Positions 21,413 through 32,425 of a stretch of DNA of 64,000 bases are shown piece after piece. The notes under the pieces are model-generated. The model was not told the origin of the DNA and made no database searches. It was given only the letters and a program-made list of their open reading frames with translations. A program made the position numbers and the translations under genes. The DNA is from an uncultured Nitrososphaerota archaeon (lineage in GTDB: Archaea > Thermoproteota > Nitrososphaeria > Nitrososphaerales > CADDZS01). The DNA lies in assembly GCA_963799845.1 (NCBI GenBank), contig CAWCYI010000001.1, positions 131,842 through 195,841 of the forward strand, read 5' to 3'. The first letter of the stretch is position 1. Each line of letters begins with the position of its first letter.

Positions 21413-22369
21413 CTAAGTTGTTGCTTCAGACTCAGCTTGATTCCCTACTTCACTTATGAAGACGTCTTCCAGACTAGAAGGCCTGATTGAGACTTCGAGG
21501 TTCTTTCTCATGCAAATGGAGGCTAGCTCGGAGGCTTTTTCTTGATTCGTAAGAACTCGAACTCCTGTGCCTGCCCGAAGAGTCCTTCCAAACAATTCAA
21601 ACTCGGACAGATTGTTTTGCGAGGTCTTTATGATGACTGTATGGGTTGCGTTGAGCATCTTCCTTATCTCTACCGGGCTACCTCTTGCGATAACCTTTCC
21701 CTTGTTTATGATTGCAAGGCTATCGGACAACTCTTCGGCTTCATCCATGTAATGCGTAGTTAGCAGGACTGTTTTTCCAGTCGCAACGTAACGCCGCACG
21801 AGATTCCATACATCTACCCTTGCAACCGGATCAAGACCTATGGTCGGCTCGTCCAGAACAAGGAGTTCAGCTTCTGAGCTGATCGCCATTGCAATCAGAA
21901 CTCGCTGCCTCAAGCCCCCCGAGAGACTCCCGCATATCGTGTACCTACAAGAACGAAGGTTGAGAGAATCGAGAGTTTTCTCCGCTCTAGCTCTAGCCTC
22001 TTTGAAATCAAGGCCGCGGGAAACCAAGTAGGTAACTATATGCTCGTAGGGAGTCTGAAGCAGAAGCGGCCTCCCCTCTTGAGGCACTATCGCAATCATG
22101 CGCCTAACCATCTTCGGGTCTTTTACCACATCGTGTCCGGCTATCGTTGCAAATCCTCCAGAGGGCATAAGCTGAGTAGAAACGATCCTCACCAGAGTTG
22201 TTTTCCCTGCGCCGTTTGGTCCAAGCAAGCCGAAGACAGTTCCCCGTTTTACCTCAAGGTCGATTCCATCTAGGGCCCGCGTCTTCGATCCGTAAATCTT
22301 TTGCAGGTTTGACACCCTCAGAATGATGGGATCTTTGTTGTCCTTGTTATCAATGTCCAAGGTGATCAA
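21413..22369 (-). CDS. ABC exporter ATP-binding protein (DrrA-like)
   Basis: [25 protein letters not shown]. Confidence 0.93.
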   Translation of the reverse strand: MITLDIDNKDNKDPIILRVSNLQKIYGSKTRALDGIDLEVKRGTVFGLLGPNGAGKTTLVRIVSTQLMPSGGFATIAGHDVVKDPKMVRRMIAIVPQEGRPLLLQTPYEHIVTYLVSRGLDFKEARARAEKTLDSLNLRSCRYTICGSLSGGLRQRVLIAMAISSEAELLVLDEPTIGLDPVARVDVWNLVRRYVATGKTVLLTTHYMDEAEELSDSLAIINKGKVIARGSPVEIRKMLNATHTVIIKTSQNNLSEFELFGRTLRAGTGVRVLTNQEKASELASICMRKNLEVSIRPSSLEDVFISEVGNQAESEATT

Positions 22370-22813
22370 CTTGTTAGAGTTGGTTCGAGAAATTTGTATC
22401 GGATTTTGAACTCTCTATGATTACAAAAAGCTTTGAACATTTTTCGAAAATGCCTGATATTTCAGTCAAGAAGACTCCTTGATTCAAAAAATGATCCTAT
22501 TGATGTTCGATCCTTCGTTCGTTTGAACAGAAATTCTAGATCTTCTCCCCGATCATAATTAATTCTAGACTGATTGCGAGCACCCGTTATTTGATCCTTA
22601 TTTCGAAGTGTCATTCTGAACAATTCTCTGCGTTTTCCCTAACACTTCCTTCAGCAAGGAGGTTTGATTTTCGAACGAGGTAGGTTTTGATAGCAATACG
22701 ATCGTCGGTTGCGCTAACATTGGTACGGAACAGGCATGCGCTTACATTGCCACAAATGCTTTCTTTGATAAAAAGGAAAAATAGACTTCAACTAGCTCTC
22801 AGCTTGATCGTCA

Positions 22814-24274
22814 ATACAGTATAAGTGGACTGTTCTCACAGTCACCACCGTCGGAGTCCTGATGAGCGGAATCGACGGGAGAATAGTTGTAATTGGTCTC
22901 CCGGCGGTAGCGTCGGCACTACACGCAGATGCAGAACAAGCTATCTGGTTCACCCAGTCATACACCATTGGTAGTACGATTGCTCTTCTTTTCATCGGAA
23001 GGGTCAGTGACCTGTTCGGTCGAGTGAAGATATACTCACTGGGATTCACGATATTCACAATCGGTTCCTTACTCACCGCGTCCTCAAGTGAGCCGAACGC
23101 TTTCATTGCTGCCAGGATCTTCCAAGGATTGGGATCTGCCGCACTTTTTGCAAATAGTGCGGCGATCATTACAGACTCCTTTCCACACAACCAGCTGGGG
23201 ACGGCACTTGGAATCAACCAGATTGCCTTTCGGGTGGGCTCGGTCGCAGGACTCACTCTGAGCGGTTTGATTCTGGCGATTCTCGATTGGAGGTATCTGT
23301 TTTACATTAACATCCCGGTCGGCGTCTTTGGGACAGTTTGGGCGTTCAGAAGGCTGCATGAGGTCGGCAAGTCAGAGCGGAGGGCGTCGTGGGACTGGCC
23401 GGGCTTTGCAGACTTCACTATCTTCATTGCGTCAATGCTTCTAGCACTTACCTTCGCGGCATACGGGTTTGTTGACTATACTGTCGTCATAGGATTGAGC
23501 GTTTCGACAATTGTATCTCTAGTCGCCTTTGTGTTTATCGAGCATCACGGCAAAAATCCCCTACTCGACTTGAGGCTGCTTGGCATAAGAGAGTTCACGG
23601 GCGGCAATATAGCTCAGATGATTAGCGCTGTCGCGACCGGCGCATTCATCTTGGTAGTTAGTCTGTACCTGCAACTCGTTCTGGGACTATCGCCTCTCCA
23701 TGCGGGGCTGGCTCTGCTACCTTTCGACCTAGGATTCATTCTGACGGGCCCACTCAGCGGGAGACTCTCTGACAAGTACGGTGTAGTGCCTTTCACAACT
23801 CTGGGACTTTCGGTCACCAGCCTGGCATTGCTTCTATTTTCAGGAGCGTCCGTTAACACGTCTTATTTTTACATCGCTACACTTCTGATTCTAGCAGGTG
23901 CTGGTGCTGGTCTATTCTCGTCGCCCAACATCAGTTCGATTATGGGCTCGGTTCCCGCAGAAAGACGCGGGGTGGCCTCGGCGCTTAGGGGGACATTTTA
24001 CAACGTCGGATATACCCTGAGCTTCAATGTTGCGATACTGCTGATGGAGCTGAAGGTGCCGTATTCGCTAATAACCAATATGATAGCTTCGATAAACCCG
24101 ATTGCCCTAAGTCTGTCGGTGAGGGCCGAATTCTCCGATGGCCTGCATATCGTATATCTGGTTCTTGCTGTTGTCAACACGGTAGCCATCATCCCATCCC
24201 TTCTCCGCGGGACAAGGAAGTCCTCCACTTTTCGTCAAAAGGATATGGAATATCGATCAAACACAGAAAACTAA
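22814..24274 (+). CDS. MFS transporter, DHA2 (EmrB/QacA-like)
   Basis: Frame extends upstream of 22862 (QYKWTVLTVTTVGVLM); GRVSDLFGRVK, WRYLFYINIPVG. Start is approximate. Confidence 0.9.
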   Translation: MQYKWTVLTVTTVGVLMSGIDGRIVVIGLPAVASALHADAEQAIWFTQSYTIGSTIALLFIGRVSDLFGRVKIYSLGFTIFTIGSLLTASSSEPNAFIAARIFQGLGSAALFANSAAIITDSFPHNQLGTALGINQIAFRVGSVAGLTLSGLILAILDWRYLFYINIPVGVFGTVWAFRRLHEVGKSERRASWDWPGFADFTIFIASMLLALTFAAYGFVDYTVVIGLSVSTIVSLVAFVFIEHHGKNPLLDLRLLGIREFTGGNIAQMISAVATGAFILVVSLYLQLVLGLSPLHAGLALLPFDLGFILTGPLSGRLSDKYGVVPFTTLGLSVTSLALLLFSGASVNTSYFYIATLLILAGAGAGLFSSPNISSIMGSVPAERRGVASALRGTFYNVGYTLSFNVAILLMELKVPYSLITNMIASINPIALSLSVRAEFSDGLHIVYLVLAVVNTVAIIPSLLRGTRKSSTFRQKDMEYRSNTEN

Positions 24275-24495
24275 ATGTGATTCAAAAATCTAGTGAAAAT
24301 TGCTGTTTCAGTTGTCTTTCTCGTTGCAGCTCCCCATTACGAACCAGTGCTTAAGCATCCCACGTCCTTTCACAAAGTGGGCTTGTCGAAAAGAATTTTA
24401 CAGTTCACCAGTCCTTATTTTCCTCCGAAATAAACTGAAGAATGGTCAGATAGCCTTATTCTGATAATTCATTATGGGATAAGGTAAGGATAGCC

Positions 24496-25266
24496 GTGAT
24501 GAGTCAGCTTCTCGAAGTCCGAAACCTGACCAAAGATTTTGGTGGTCTGGTCGCAGTTCGCAATGTGTCCTTTTCTGTAGCTGCCAGCGAGATCGTCGGT
24601 CTAATCGGGCCCAACGGAGCGGGAAAAACCACAGTTTTCAATCTAATTACTGGTATGGAAAAAATAGAATCGGGTGAAGTCTATTTCGAAGGCACCAACA
24701 TCAGCAAGTTAAAACCTCATTCGATCTGCAAGCTGGGAATTTCTCGGACTTATCAGAGCGTCCGTCCCTTCCTGAACCATACAGTAAGAGAGAATGTCAA
24801 GGTTGGTGCCATCTACGGAAGGATTACAGTTCGTCAGAATGCCGAAAAAAAAGTGGATGAGATTCTGGACTTGCTGGAACTTCGGCACCGAGAGAGCGTT
24901 CTAGCCAAGGAGCTCCCGATTGAAGAGCGCAAACTGGTCGAGGTAGGCCGAGCGCTCGCCGCGAACCCCAAGATCCTGATGCTGGACGAGCCGATGGCAG
25001 GATTGAATCCCACCGAGATCTCGAAATTTGTAGATCTGATGAAAAAGCTGAACTCTGAAAACAAACTGACGATTGTGATCGTGGAGCATGTGATGAAAGC
25101 GATCAGCTCCGCTTGCTCTAGGGTAGTAGTAATGCATCACGGGGAGATCCTGGCGGAAGGATCCCCAAGGGATGTTTTGTCCAATGATAAAGTGATCGAA
25201 GTGTACCTCGGAGAATCTTATTCCAACCATGACGATTCAAAAAGAAATGCCCTTGCTCCAGCTTGA
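24496..25266 (+). CDS. livG: Branched-chain amino acid ABC ATPase, LivG-like
   Basis: [34 protein letters not shown]. Confidence 0.88.
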   Translation: MMSQLLEVRNLTKDFGGLVAVRNVSFSVAASEIVGLIGPNGAGKTTVFNLITGMEKIESGEVYFEGTNISKLKPHSICKLGISRTYQSVRPFLNHTVRENVKVGAIYGRITVRQNAEKKVDEILDLLELRHRESVLAKELPIEERKLVEVGRALAANPKILMLDEPMAGLNPTEISKFVDLMKKLNSENKLTIVIVEHVMKAISSACSRVVVMHHGEILAEGSPRDVLSNDKVIEVYLGESYSNHDDSKRNALAPA

Positions 25267-25960
25267 GAATTTGAACTTCTCTTACGGGGATGTGCAGGTT
25301 CTCTGGGGCGTTTCCTTCTCAGTGGAAGCCCGAAAAATCGTTTCACTTGTGGGTTCGAACGGGGCGGGAAAAACAACGACCCTCAAAGTGATCGCTGGGC
25401 TTTTCAAAACGTTCTCCGGGCAGATAATGCTCGAAGGAAAACCGCTAACCAGAAGCTCTGCAGAAGAGATCGTCAATTCAGGAATAGTCTACGTCCCTGA
25501 GGGGCGTGGCATTTTCCCCGACATGTCGGTTCGAGAGAACCTGGACATGGGGTCTTATGCCAAGCACGCCCGCCCGCTTCACGATAAAGTACTTGGAAAG
25601 GTATACCAGCTTTTTCCTATTCTGGAAAAGCGAGCGAACCAGAGAGCCGGGACGCTATCGGGCGGCGAGGCCCAAATGCTAGCCATTGGTAGGGGGCTCA
25701 TGCAAGCTCCACGGCTCTTGATGCTGGATGAACCTTCTGCTGGTGTGTCGCCCTTGATCTCCAATTCCATTTTTGCGACGATTAAGAAACTGCGGGATGA
25801 AGAGGCATTGACAGTGTTGCTAGTGGAGCAAGACGCGGGAAGAGCCCTAAAAATTTGCGATGCCGCGTACGTGCTGCAAAACGGTCGCATCACTCTTTCT
25901 GGAACCGGCGTCGAATTATTGAACAACGAATTTGTCAGACGGGCGTATCTGGGACTGTAA
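25229..25960 (+). CDS. livF: Branched-chain amino acid ABC ATPase, LivF-like
   Basis: VPEGRGIF, LSGGEAQML, VEQD, VRRAYLG. Confidence 0.9.
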   Translation: MTIQKEMPLLQLENLNFSYGDVQVLWGVSFSVEARKIVSLVGSNGAGKTTTLKVIAGLFKTFSGQIMLEGKPLTRSSAEEIVNSGIVYVPEGRGIFPDMSVRENLDMGSYAKHARPLHDKVLGKVYQLFPILEKRANQRAGTLSGGEAQMLAIGRGLMQAPRLLMLDEPSAGVSPLISNSIFATIKKLRDEEALTVLLVEQDAGRALKICDAAYVLQNGRITLSGTGVELLNNEFVRRAYLGL

Positions 25961-26967
25961 TTTTTTTAAGAACGGAAAGTCGCCTCCGTCGGTACGTCCT
26001 CTTGAATAGACCCAGCAGGCCGTCAGGTGCAAAGAGACCCACGATGATCAAGAAGATTCCTACTATGGCCTGCTCGTACAAACTGAGAAAGGAAAAAGAC
26101 GAATTCTGAATGGGTCCCGAACGGATGAGGTAATCCAGGAGACTGTACGCCCCTGTCCCTATTATCGGTCCCAGAATGGTGCCCGTTCCGCCGAACAAGG
26201 CAAACGTCACGGGAATGAAAGCGAGATAAAGAGAAAATACCTCATCAGGTAGGACCGTTCCCTGAGACCAGGCGAAAAGACATCCGGTTATCCCGGCAAG
26301 TACCGCACTAATGATCAAAGCCACACGTTTGACTCTGCGGGTGTTGATTCCCGAGGATTCCGCGATCTCCTCATCCTCCCGAATGCTGGTCAGAGCTCAG
26401 GCCGAAGCTGGACTGGTATATGACGATCGCGACTAGAATTGCCAATATCGCAAAGAGAAAAATGGCATAGTACGACTCGATATAGTTCCCTGGAATGCCA
26501 TTGATCCCTCCGACGCCGTTGGTCCACTTGTCCAGTGCTGGCGCCTGAACCACGTACTGGCCCAAGGGGACAAGCGACAGAGTCGCCACTGCAAAATAAA
26601 AGCCCTTGAGCCTGAACATCGGGAAGCTCACGAGAAAGCCCAGTCCTCCACAAACCAGAGCAGACACGATCAGGGAGACCAAAGAATTCGTATGTTCTAC
26701 GTAAAATAGGATCGCGAAGACGTACGCTCCAACCCCGAAGAAAACAGTAATGCCCAGATTTACATAGCCCGCAAAGCCCCCAAGAAGATCATAGGCAATC
26801 GCCAAAGCGAGATAGATCAGGAAAAAATCCAGCACACCATCGATCACGTACTTGCCTGTTGTGATCGGGGCAAGAAAACCTAGAACAAGAAAGATACCAG
26901 CGAGGATAGCTGTTCTCGGATGATCTCTAGAATATTTCACTATGCGCCCTAATTGAAGAAATTCCAT
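25935..26967 (-). CDS. livM: Branched-chain amino acid ABC permease, LivM-like (frameshift ~26375)
   Basis: GGFAGYVNLG, RLKGFYFAVATL, then FGGTGTILGPIIG in the second frame. Confidence 0.85.
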
Positions 26968-26986
26968 TTGATCAGGCTCTGCACGC

Positions 26987-27961
26987 TTAGATTTTGATCC
27001 CGCTTCCGGTCCCAGAAAGGCCCGTCGGCTTTATCATCAGCACCAAAATCAGGAAAACTATTGCAACCGCCGGTGACCAATATTCCAAGTTCGTGATTTG
27101 GATTCCGGGGAGGTTCAACGGATTCAAGAAGGGAGCCTGGATGAAGATCTCGACAAACCCGATCACCAAGCCGCCGATGAGCGGGCCCCAGTACGATCGG
27201 GTGCCTCCGAGAACCATTACTGAAAGAAGGGAGATCGTGTAGGGCAACCCAAACCCCGGGTCCAAGTTATTCGTCATCGCGATGCTCACTCCTGCCAAAG
27301 CTCCAAACCCCGAACCAAGTGCGAAGGTGAGGATGGAGATCTTCTGCAGATTGACTCCCATCAGGATCGAGGCCTCTCGATTCTGAGCGATGGCCCGCAT
27401 CGCCTTGCCCACATAAGTACGTCTCGAAAAAAGATACAGCAATAGCGTAGAAGTTGCCACCGTAATCAAAGCGAGAACCTTTACCCCGTCCAGATAGACC
27501 CCTCCGAAGTTGAGAGTCAGCTGCGCAAGATTCAACGGGATGGTAAATTCGGAAAGCTGGAAGGGAATGAACTTGGGCATGTAGATGTAGCCTATATTCT
27601 CGATGATGAACGAGGTTCCGACCGTAACGAGAATCGAACTGATCAAAACCTCGCTCGCGGGGCGCCGAAGAATTCGCCTGATTAATGCAAATTCATAGGC
27701 CGCTCCCAGCGCGGCAATCGCGACGAAAGAAATCAGAAGAATTCCGAGAACCGAGAGAAAGCCGAAACGACTGACCGCAAAAGCGGTAGTAACATAGAAG
27801 CCCAAGAAGCCCCCGAGCATCACGAAATCCCCGTGGGCCAGATTGAGGACGCCAAGCACCGAAAAAATGAGGGTAAGCCCTAGTGCAGCAAGGGCGTAAA
27901 TCGCCCCCACGAGCAAGCCGTCCGCGATCGACTGCGCTATTTCCGTGGCTAGACCGATCAA
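26987..27961 (-). CDS. livH: Branched-chain amino acid ABC permease, LivH-like
   Basis: YALAALGLTLIF..LNLAHGD, GKAMRAIAQN, VLGG. Confidence 0.9.
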   Translation of the reverse strand: MIGLATEIAQSIADGLLVGAIYALAALGLTLIFSVLGVLNLAHGDFVMLGGFLGFYVTTAFAVSRFGFLSVLGILLISFVAIAALGAAYEFALIRRILRRPASEVLISSILVTVGTSFIIENIGYIYMPKFIPFQLSEFTIPLNLAQLTLNFGGVYLDGVKVLALITVATSTLLLYLFSRRTYVGKAMRAIAQNREASILMGVNLQKISILTFALGSGFGALAGVSIAMTNNLDPGFGLPYTISLLSVMVLGGTRSYWGPLIGGLVIGFVEIFIQAPFLNPLNLPGIQITNLEYWSPAVAIVFLILVLMIKPTGLSGTGSGIKI

Positions 27962-28014
27962 TTAACGAAAGCTCAGGCCTCGCGAGGCCTCGTTTGGCAT
28001 TATTGAAAGTTGCG

Positions 28015-29397
28015 CTATGGATACACGTAGCTGGCGTTGGCTACGCTCGGCGGATACACTGTTTCAATGTCGCCGTCGTGCCATTGCACCGTCGCGAGGC
28101 CGATCGTCCCGTAACCCTGCGGTTGCACGGTGAGCTGCCCTGCTATAGTCGGGAAATTCTCGTGATGCAATGCATAGTTCAGGGCTGCATTCTCGCTAAC
28201 TGGAGTGCTGAAATTGGCCGACGGGATTTGGGAGACGGCTTGCGCAATCATCTGAAAGATGATCATCCTCAGCTCGATATTCTGATAGTCGTACCAGTTA
28301 ATCGGTGCGATATTACCTGTGGAATTGGCTTGTTTTGCTAATTGGTTCGCGTTGGTCATGAGCTGCAGGAAAGTACTCGTCCCAGCATTAGAGGAGTGAA
28401 ATGATGGCGTCCAGAAGACATCTGTTGTAATATTGTCTGTACTCACTCCGGCCGCCTGTAAGGTGCTGGCAAAACTCGCACCCCACTCGATCGTGTGCCA
28501 CTGTTTCGGAAAGAAGCCAGCGGCGGCGGCCTGTGTAATGAGCGAAGCGCAGTAGGGGCCGAAGATGGCGCAGTACACAATGTCAGGTGGTGGGTTGAGA
28601 GCTTTTAGGGCATTGATCTGTTCCGAGAAGGTCGTTGTTCCAGGAGCCAGCAGTTGCTGGTAATCTACCGTCAGGCCGGTAGTGTGGTTAGCGAGCCAGA
28701 GCCCGCTGTTGTAATCATCAATCGCCCAAGTAATGTCCCAGCCTATGAAGGCGATCGTCTTTGCCCAGTGCGTGGCATTTAGCATCGCAAAATAGCTCGC
28801 AGACCAGGCGGTGGTCGTGCTGTCAGACCAGTAAGGCACCATGTCGGTAGTTTGCCAAGTGTACGTGCCATTCCACATCGTTGCAGTGCTCGCCTCCGCC
28901 ATGATCAAGGGCACCTTGTCAGCTTGAGCGATCGGCTGAAGTGTGAGCCCGGTATCCGCGCTGTAAGGACTGACAAGCACATTCGCACCCTCACTCTCGG
29001 CGAACTGGTGGTAATCTTGATCAGCGGTGGAAACGGAGCTCGCATCGTCTGCAGTAATGACCTTCACCAGATGATGCTCGCCGCTTTGATCAACTAGACC
29101 GCCGTTCTGATTCACCCAGGCTTGCCAGGCTTCATTGAAATAGAGATAACCGGCATCCAGCGGGCCGTACTGCCCTGACTGTGAAACAGTCATCGCCACC
29201 GTCACGTTGGATCCCATAGTGGCCGATGAACTAGAGCTTGATGACGAAGAGGAAGAGCTAGAACTACTAGAGCTGCTCGTGGTAGCCAAATAGACTCCAG
29301 CAGCCGCTATGATAATTATGACGATGACAACTACTGCAATTAATACAGTCGATATCGCTCTCGTTTTTCCAAGACTGGTTGAAGAAATTCTCATCAA
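28015..29397 (-). CDS. LivK/J-type substrate-binding protein with class III-like signal peptide and poly-Ser linker
   Basis: KTRA|ISTVLIAVVV, poly-S, 'SQSGQYG', 'VNQNGG', 'DDASS', 'SPYSA'. Confidence 0.85.
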   Translation of the reverse strand: MMRISSTSLGKTRAISTVLIAVVVIVIIIIAAAGVYLATTSSSSSSSSSSSSSSSSSSATMGSNVTVAMTVSQSGQYGPLDAGYLYFNEAWQAWVNQNGGLVDQSGEHHLVKVITADDASSVSTADQDYHQFAESEGANVLVSPYSADTGLTLQPIAQADKVPLIMAEASTATMWNGTYTWQTTDMVPYWSDSTTTAWSASYFAMLNATHWAKTIAFIGWDITWAIDDYNSGLWLANHTTGLTVDYQQLLAPGTTTFSEQINALKALNPPPDIVYCAIFGPYCASLITQAAAAGFFPKQWHTIEWGASFASTLQAAGVSTDNITTDVFWTPSFHSSNAGTSTFLQLMTNANQLAKQANSTGNIAPINWYDYQNIELRMIIFQMIAQAVSQIPSANFSTPVSENAALNYALHHENFPTIAGQLTVQPQGYGTIGLATVQWHDGDIETVYPPSVANASYVYP

Positions 29398-29743
29398 CGA
29401 GACCGGATACAGATGTCGTTATTTATACTTTGGTTTTCATTGCGCAGTACCAGAAAAAATTCCCCTAAGATTGAAATCAAAGCCTCGGGGCTCTTTAGTT
29501 GCTACAAGGAATGGGCTTTGAGCCAGAAAACAGAAAGGAAATCGTTAGTAGTTAGCAAGAAATTGACCTATATTGCAAATCTCGAAAAAGTATCCAGAAT
29601 TGGTCTGCGATACTTTCCACACGATTTTTCTGCAAAGGACCTCGAAGGAGATTAGGATGTGGAATTAAGGGAGGACGATTTCAAGAGGAGTGAAGCAATG
29701 TATACACGAAGTACGTCCTAAAAGCTGACGACCAAAAACAGCA

Positions 29744-29881
29744 TCATATAGCTGTCCAACAATTAGAGCGTATCAATGTGTGAAGAGCCGATCTATCTGT
29801 CCAGAACACGGCCTCCAACACGGTGTCAGGACTCTTTACCCGTGGGACATTGGTCGTCATGTAATCTTTCACTTTTGCCAT
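29744..29881 (-). pseudogene. CBS-domain N-terminal remnant
   Basis: MAKVKDYMTTNVPRVKSPDTVLEAV, after which similarity is lost. Confidence 0.5.
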
Positions 29882-30094
29882 CCTTTGTCAGCTTACTTCT
29901 TTGCGTATTGCCAACCCCCGCATAAAGCCGTTTAGGCGGACGAATACGGGACTACGTATCTTTTTGTGAAGATAATTTGTGACCTCGTTAAGACAAAGGA
30001 TATTGTTTGGCAGGAGTTGGGTTTGGAACTTTCAGCAGTTTGATAGGTCTCTCGTCGTCTTGAACTGGCTACGAGATTCGGACACGAATTTATT

Positions 30095-30480
30095 AGTAAT
30101 CCCGAGTCTCGCAGGAATTATAGCGGGAGCCGTGACATCTCTGGCAATGGCATCCGCCGCGTTTGCCCAAGCTAAACAGGGCTTTCAGGGAAAAGCTAGC
30201 CTAGCAGCTGCCTACACAGGCATATCGTATTTCGTAAATGCTGTAATTTTAGCAACGCCCTATTTTCTCACGAGAAATATGCTCGCTGCGATTACTACTT
30301 CTGTAAGCTTAGGCGTTGTGATAATCGCATTCATTCAGCTGGTACAACTCGGTAATGTCCTCAAGTCATTTCAAGAGAGATTTCGCAGAACTCGCCGGGA
30401 TTATGCTTGGAGCTACCTTAGCGCTCTATGTCTTCGGCACACTTGTTCGAGTTCTTTTCGGCATCACAGTGTGCGAAAAA
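30095..30480 (+). pseudogene. VIT1/CCC1-family membrane protein, C-terminal fragment
   Basis: AGIIAGAVTSLAMASAAF...AAYTGISY...LATPYF; 5' part missing and frameshifted. Confidence 0.6.
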
Positions 30481-30571
30481 GGATTCCAGCGATTATTTCT
30501 CAGGACTTGAACAGTAGAGAATATCCCAAGATTCAAATGATGACTTCCATTACTTCTTAAGTTTCTATCCA

Positions 30572-30796
30572 TCAACCTCGCCATTGATAGAAAAAGTCTA
30601 TTGATTCATAGAACTTTGCTGTTATCTTGTAGTTCGAGGCCTTCGATTCCTTATGGAAATCAGAACCCTCGTAGATGTCAAGAGCTTGCGCGATAACTTC
30701 GGTAGGGTCGATATCCCTTTGTGACGCGATCTGAAGAACGCGTCTTCGAACGCCTTTTGTTAGTCGAACTCTTCTTTCACTTATTGATTGACTCAA
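30572..30796 (-). CDS. Small hypothetical protein, possibly ribbon-helix-helix
   Basis: 'RRVRLTKGVRRRVLQIASQRDIDPTEVIAQALD' pattern. Confidence 0.35.
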   Translation of the reverse strand: MSQSISERRVRLTKGVRRRVLQIASQRDIDPTEVIAQALDIYEGSDFHKESKASNYKITAKFYESIDFFYQWRG

Positions 30797-31143
30797 AGAC
30801 TGTTAAAGTCAGGTGACAAAGAGGAGATCGCCATGTTTTGTTTCCTAGTCCATGGTAATTCAACTTTGAAAACTTCGACGGGAAGGCTCACGTTCTTCAA
30901 TTTCTTGGTTCCCTCGCCTACCAAAGGTAACTCGAACTTGTTGTTCTGAATCTGATCATAGATCTGTCTAGTGACTAGGATCCCTCCTTCCTCGGCCAGA
31001 CCTTCTATTCTCGAAGCTATATTCGCAGCATCTCCATAAATATCACTAGCTGAATCAACGACATCCCCCAGATGGATTCCAATCCTTATCGCGAAGCGTT
31101 TGTTTAATGAAAATGAAAGATTTCGATCGGTTTCGCTTACCAA
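30793..31143 (-). pseudogene. Class III adenylate/guanylate cyclase, C-terminal half only
   Basis: IRIGIHLGDV...DIYGDAANIASRIE...LKNV; the N-terminal metal-binding Asp region is missing. Confidence 0.75.
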
Positions 31144-31591
31144 ATCATCCTCTTCACTGTGACAACCAAAATCAAGCGGAAAACAATCTGGATAAAGAGT
31201 TTCTCAAAAAGCTAGATCGGACAGAACAATTGCTTCTAAGAGTCACCTCTGAATCGAGATAATTGAACAAACAGATCATCGATCAGTCTACTACAAACAA
31301 AGAGCTTATGATTCGGGAGTTTTATCGCTGCAGATCATCTTCGATTCGCATTCCTCTCGATCCATGACGGCTTCTTACCAGTAAATCCCTGCTCAAATCT
31401 CACCAATCAACCCCGGACGAAATGTCTGGTACGGTACGGTACGGGATTCGCGCACGTATTTACCTAGTAAAGGAAACCTATTCTTTTGCAGATGGAGTAA
31501 GTATTTCTTTCCCTAGTTTTAGATTCTTTAGATTCAAGAGGTCAATGTAAAACACCAGAAAGTCAGATATTACAGCGTCAGTATTGAAAAG

Positions 31592-32302
31592 CTATTTTGA
31601 ACCCCCCTTAACTCCCTCTACCGCTTTTTCGATAAACTCTGCCACCTTATCCGGCTGCGACACGTAGATCGCGTGACTGCCCGCTAACTCCATAACATTT
31701 GAGCCTGCGCGCTTGGACATGAAACACTGCGCTGGCGGTGGGATCATCTTGTCGTCAGAAGCCACCAAGCACCAACTCGGTTTATTCCTCCACGCCGGAT
31801 TGCTGATCGTTCCACCTAGCGCATTTACACCCCATGGGACTTGAGAATCGGCCATGAACGCGACCTTTTCTTTGTTCACGTCGGCCGCAAATGATTCAGG
31901 GAACTTTGCCTTGTCAAGAAACAAAAAGCCGTCCTGCGGCGGAAGTATCGGAGGTACAGGCGCTCCGGGGGCAGGATTCGCAATGAGAGTGTTCACAGAT
32001 TCGCCCTTGTCTGGAGCAAAAGCTGTGATATAAACGAGTCCCACGACTTTTGGATCGTTGCCAGCTTCGGTGATCACTGCTCCTCCGTACGAATGACCAA
32101 CGAGAACCACAGGGGCCTGTTGCGCGGCAACAATGCGTTTGGTGGCAGCAACGTCGTCTGCCAGCGACGTGGTAGGATTTTGGACGATGGCGACATTGTA
32201 CCCATCTTTCTTCAATTTGTCATACACAGCGCGCGCGCCTTCCTCCATCATCCTTGAGTACTGCTGTACAGTTTTTTGGTGCAGGTCTATTGCTTCGTAC
32301 AT
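31592..32302 (-). pseudogene. Alpha/beta hydrolase whose N-terminus is replaced by an IS110-like fragment
   Basis: GHSYGG nucleophile, DDKMIPP, GSH; lacks the HGA strand; begins MYEAIDLHQKT, similar to the IS110 start. Confidence 0.7.
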
Positions 32303-32425
32303 GTGCTTGGCTGTGGCTTTACGTTCCTTTAATACGGTCGATCATGTCACCTAGTAACTCAAACGTGGATTCGAACAGGATGGCCTTCTAATTTAGCATA
32401 GATTAGGATGGTAAAATTTAGACAC

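Noticed and set aside
29225-29285. Low-complexity tract
   Set aside because: Encodes the poly-Ser linker of the binding protein.
31428-31445. GGTAC tandem repeat (similar ACACGAC repeat near 20163)
   Set aside because: Only 2-3 units; no functional context.
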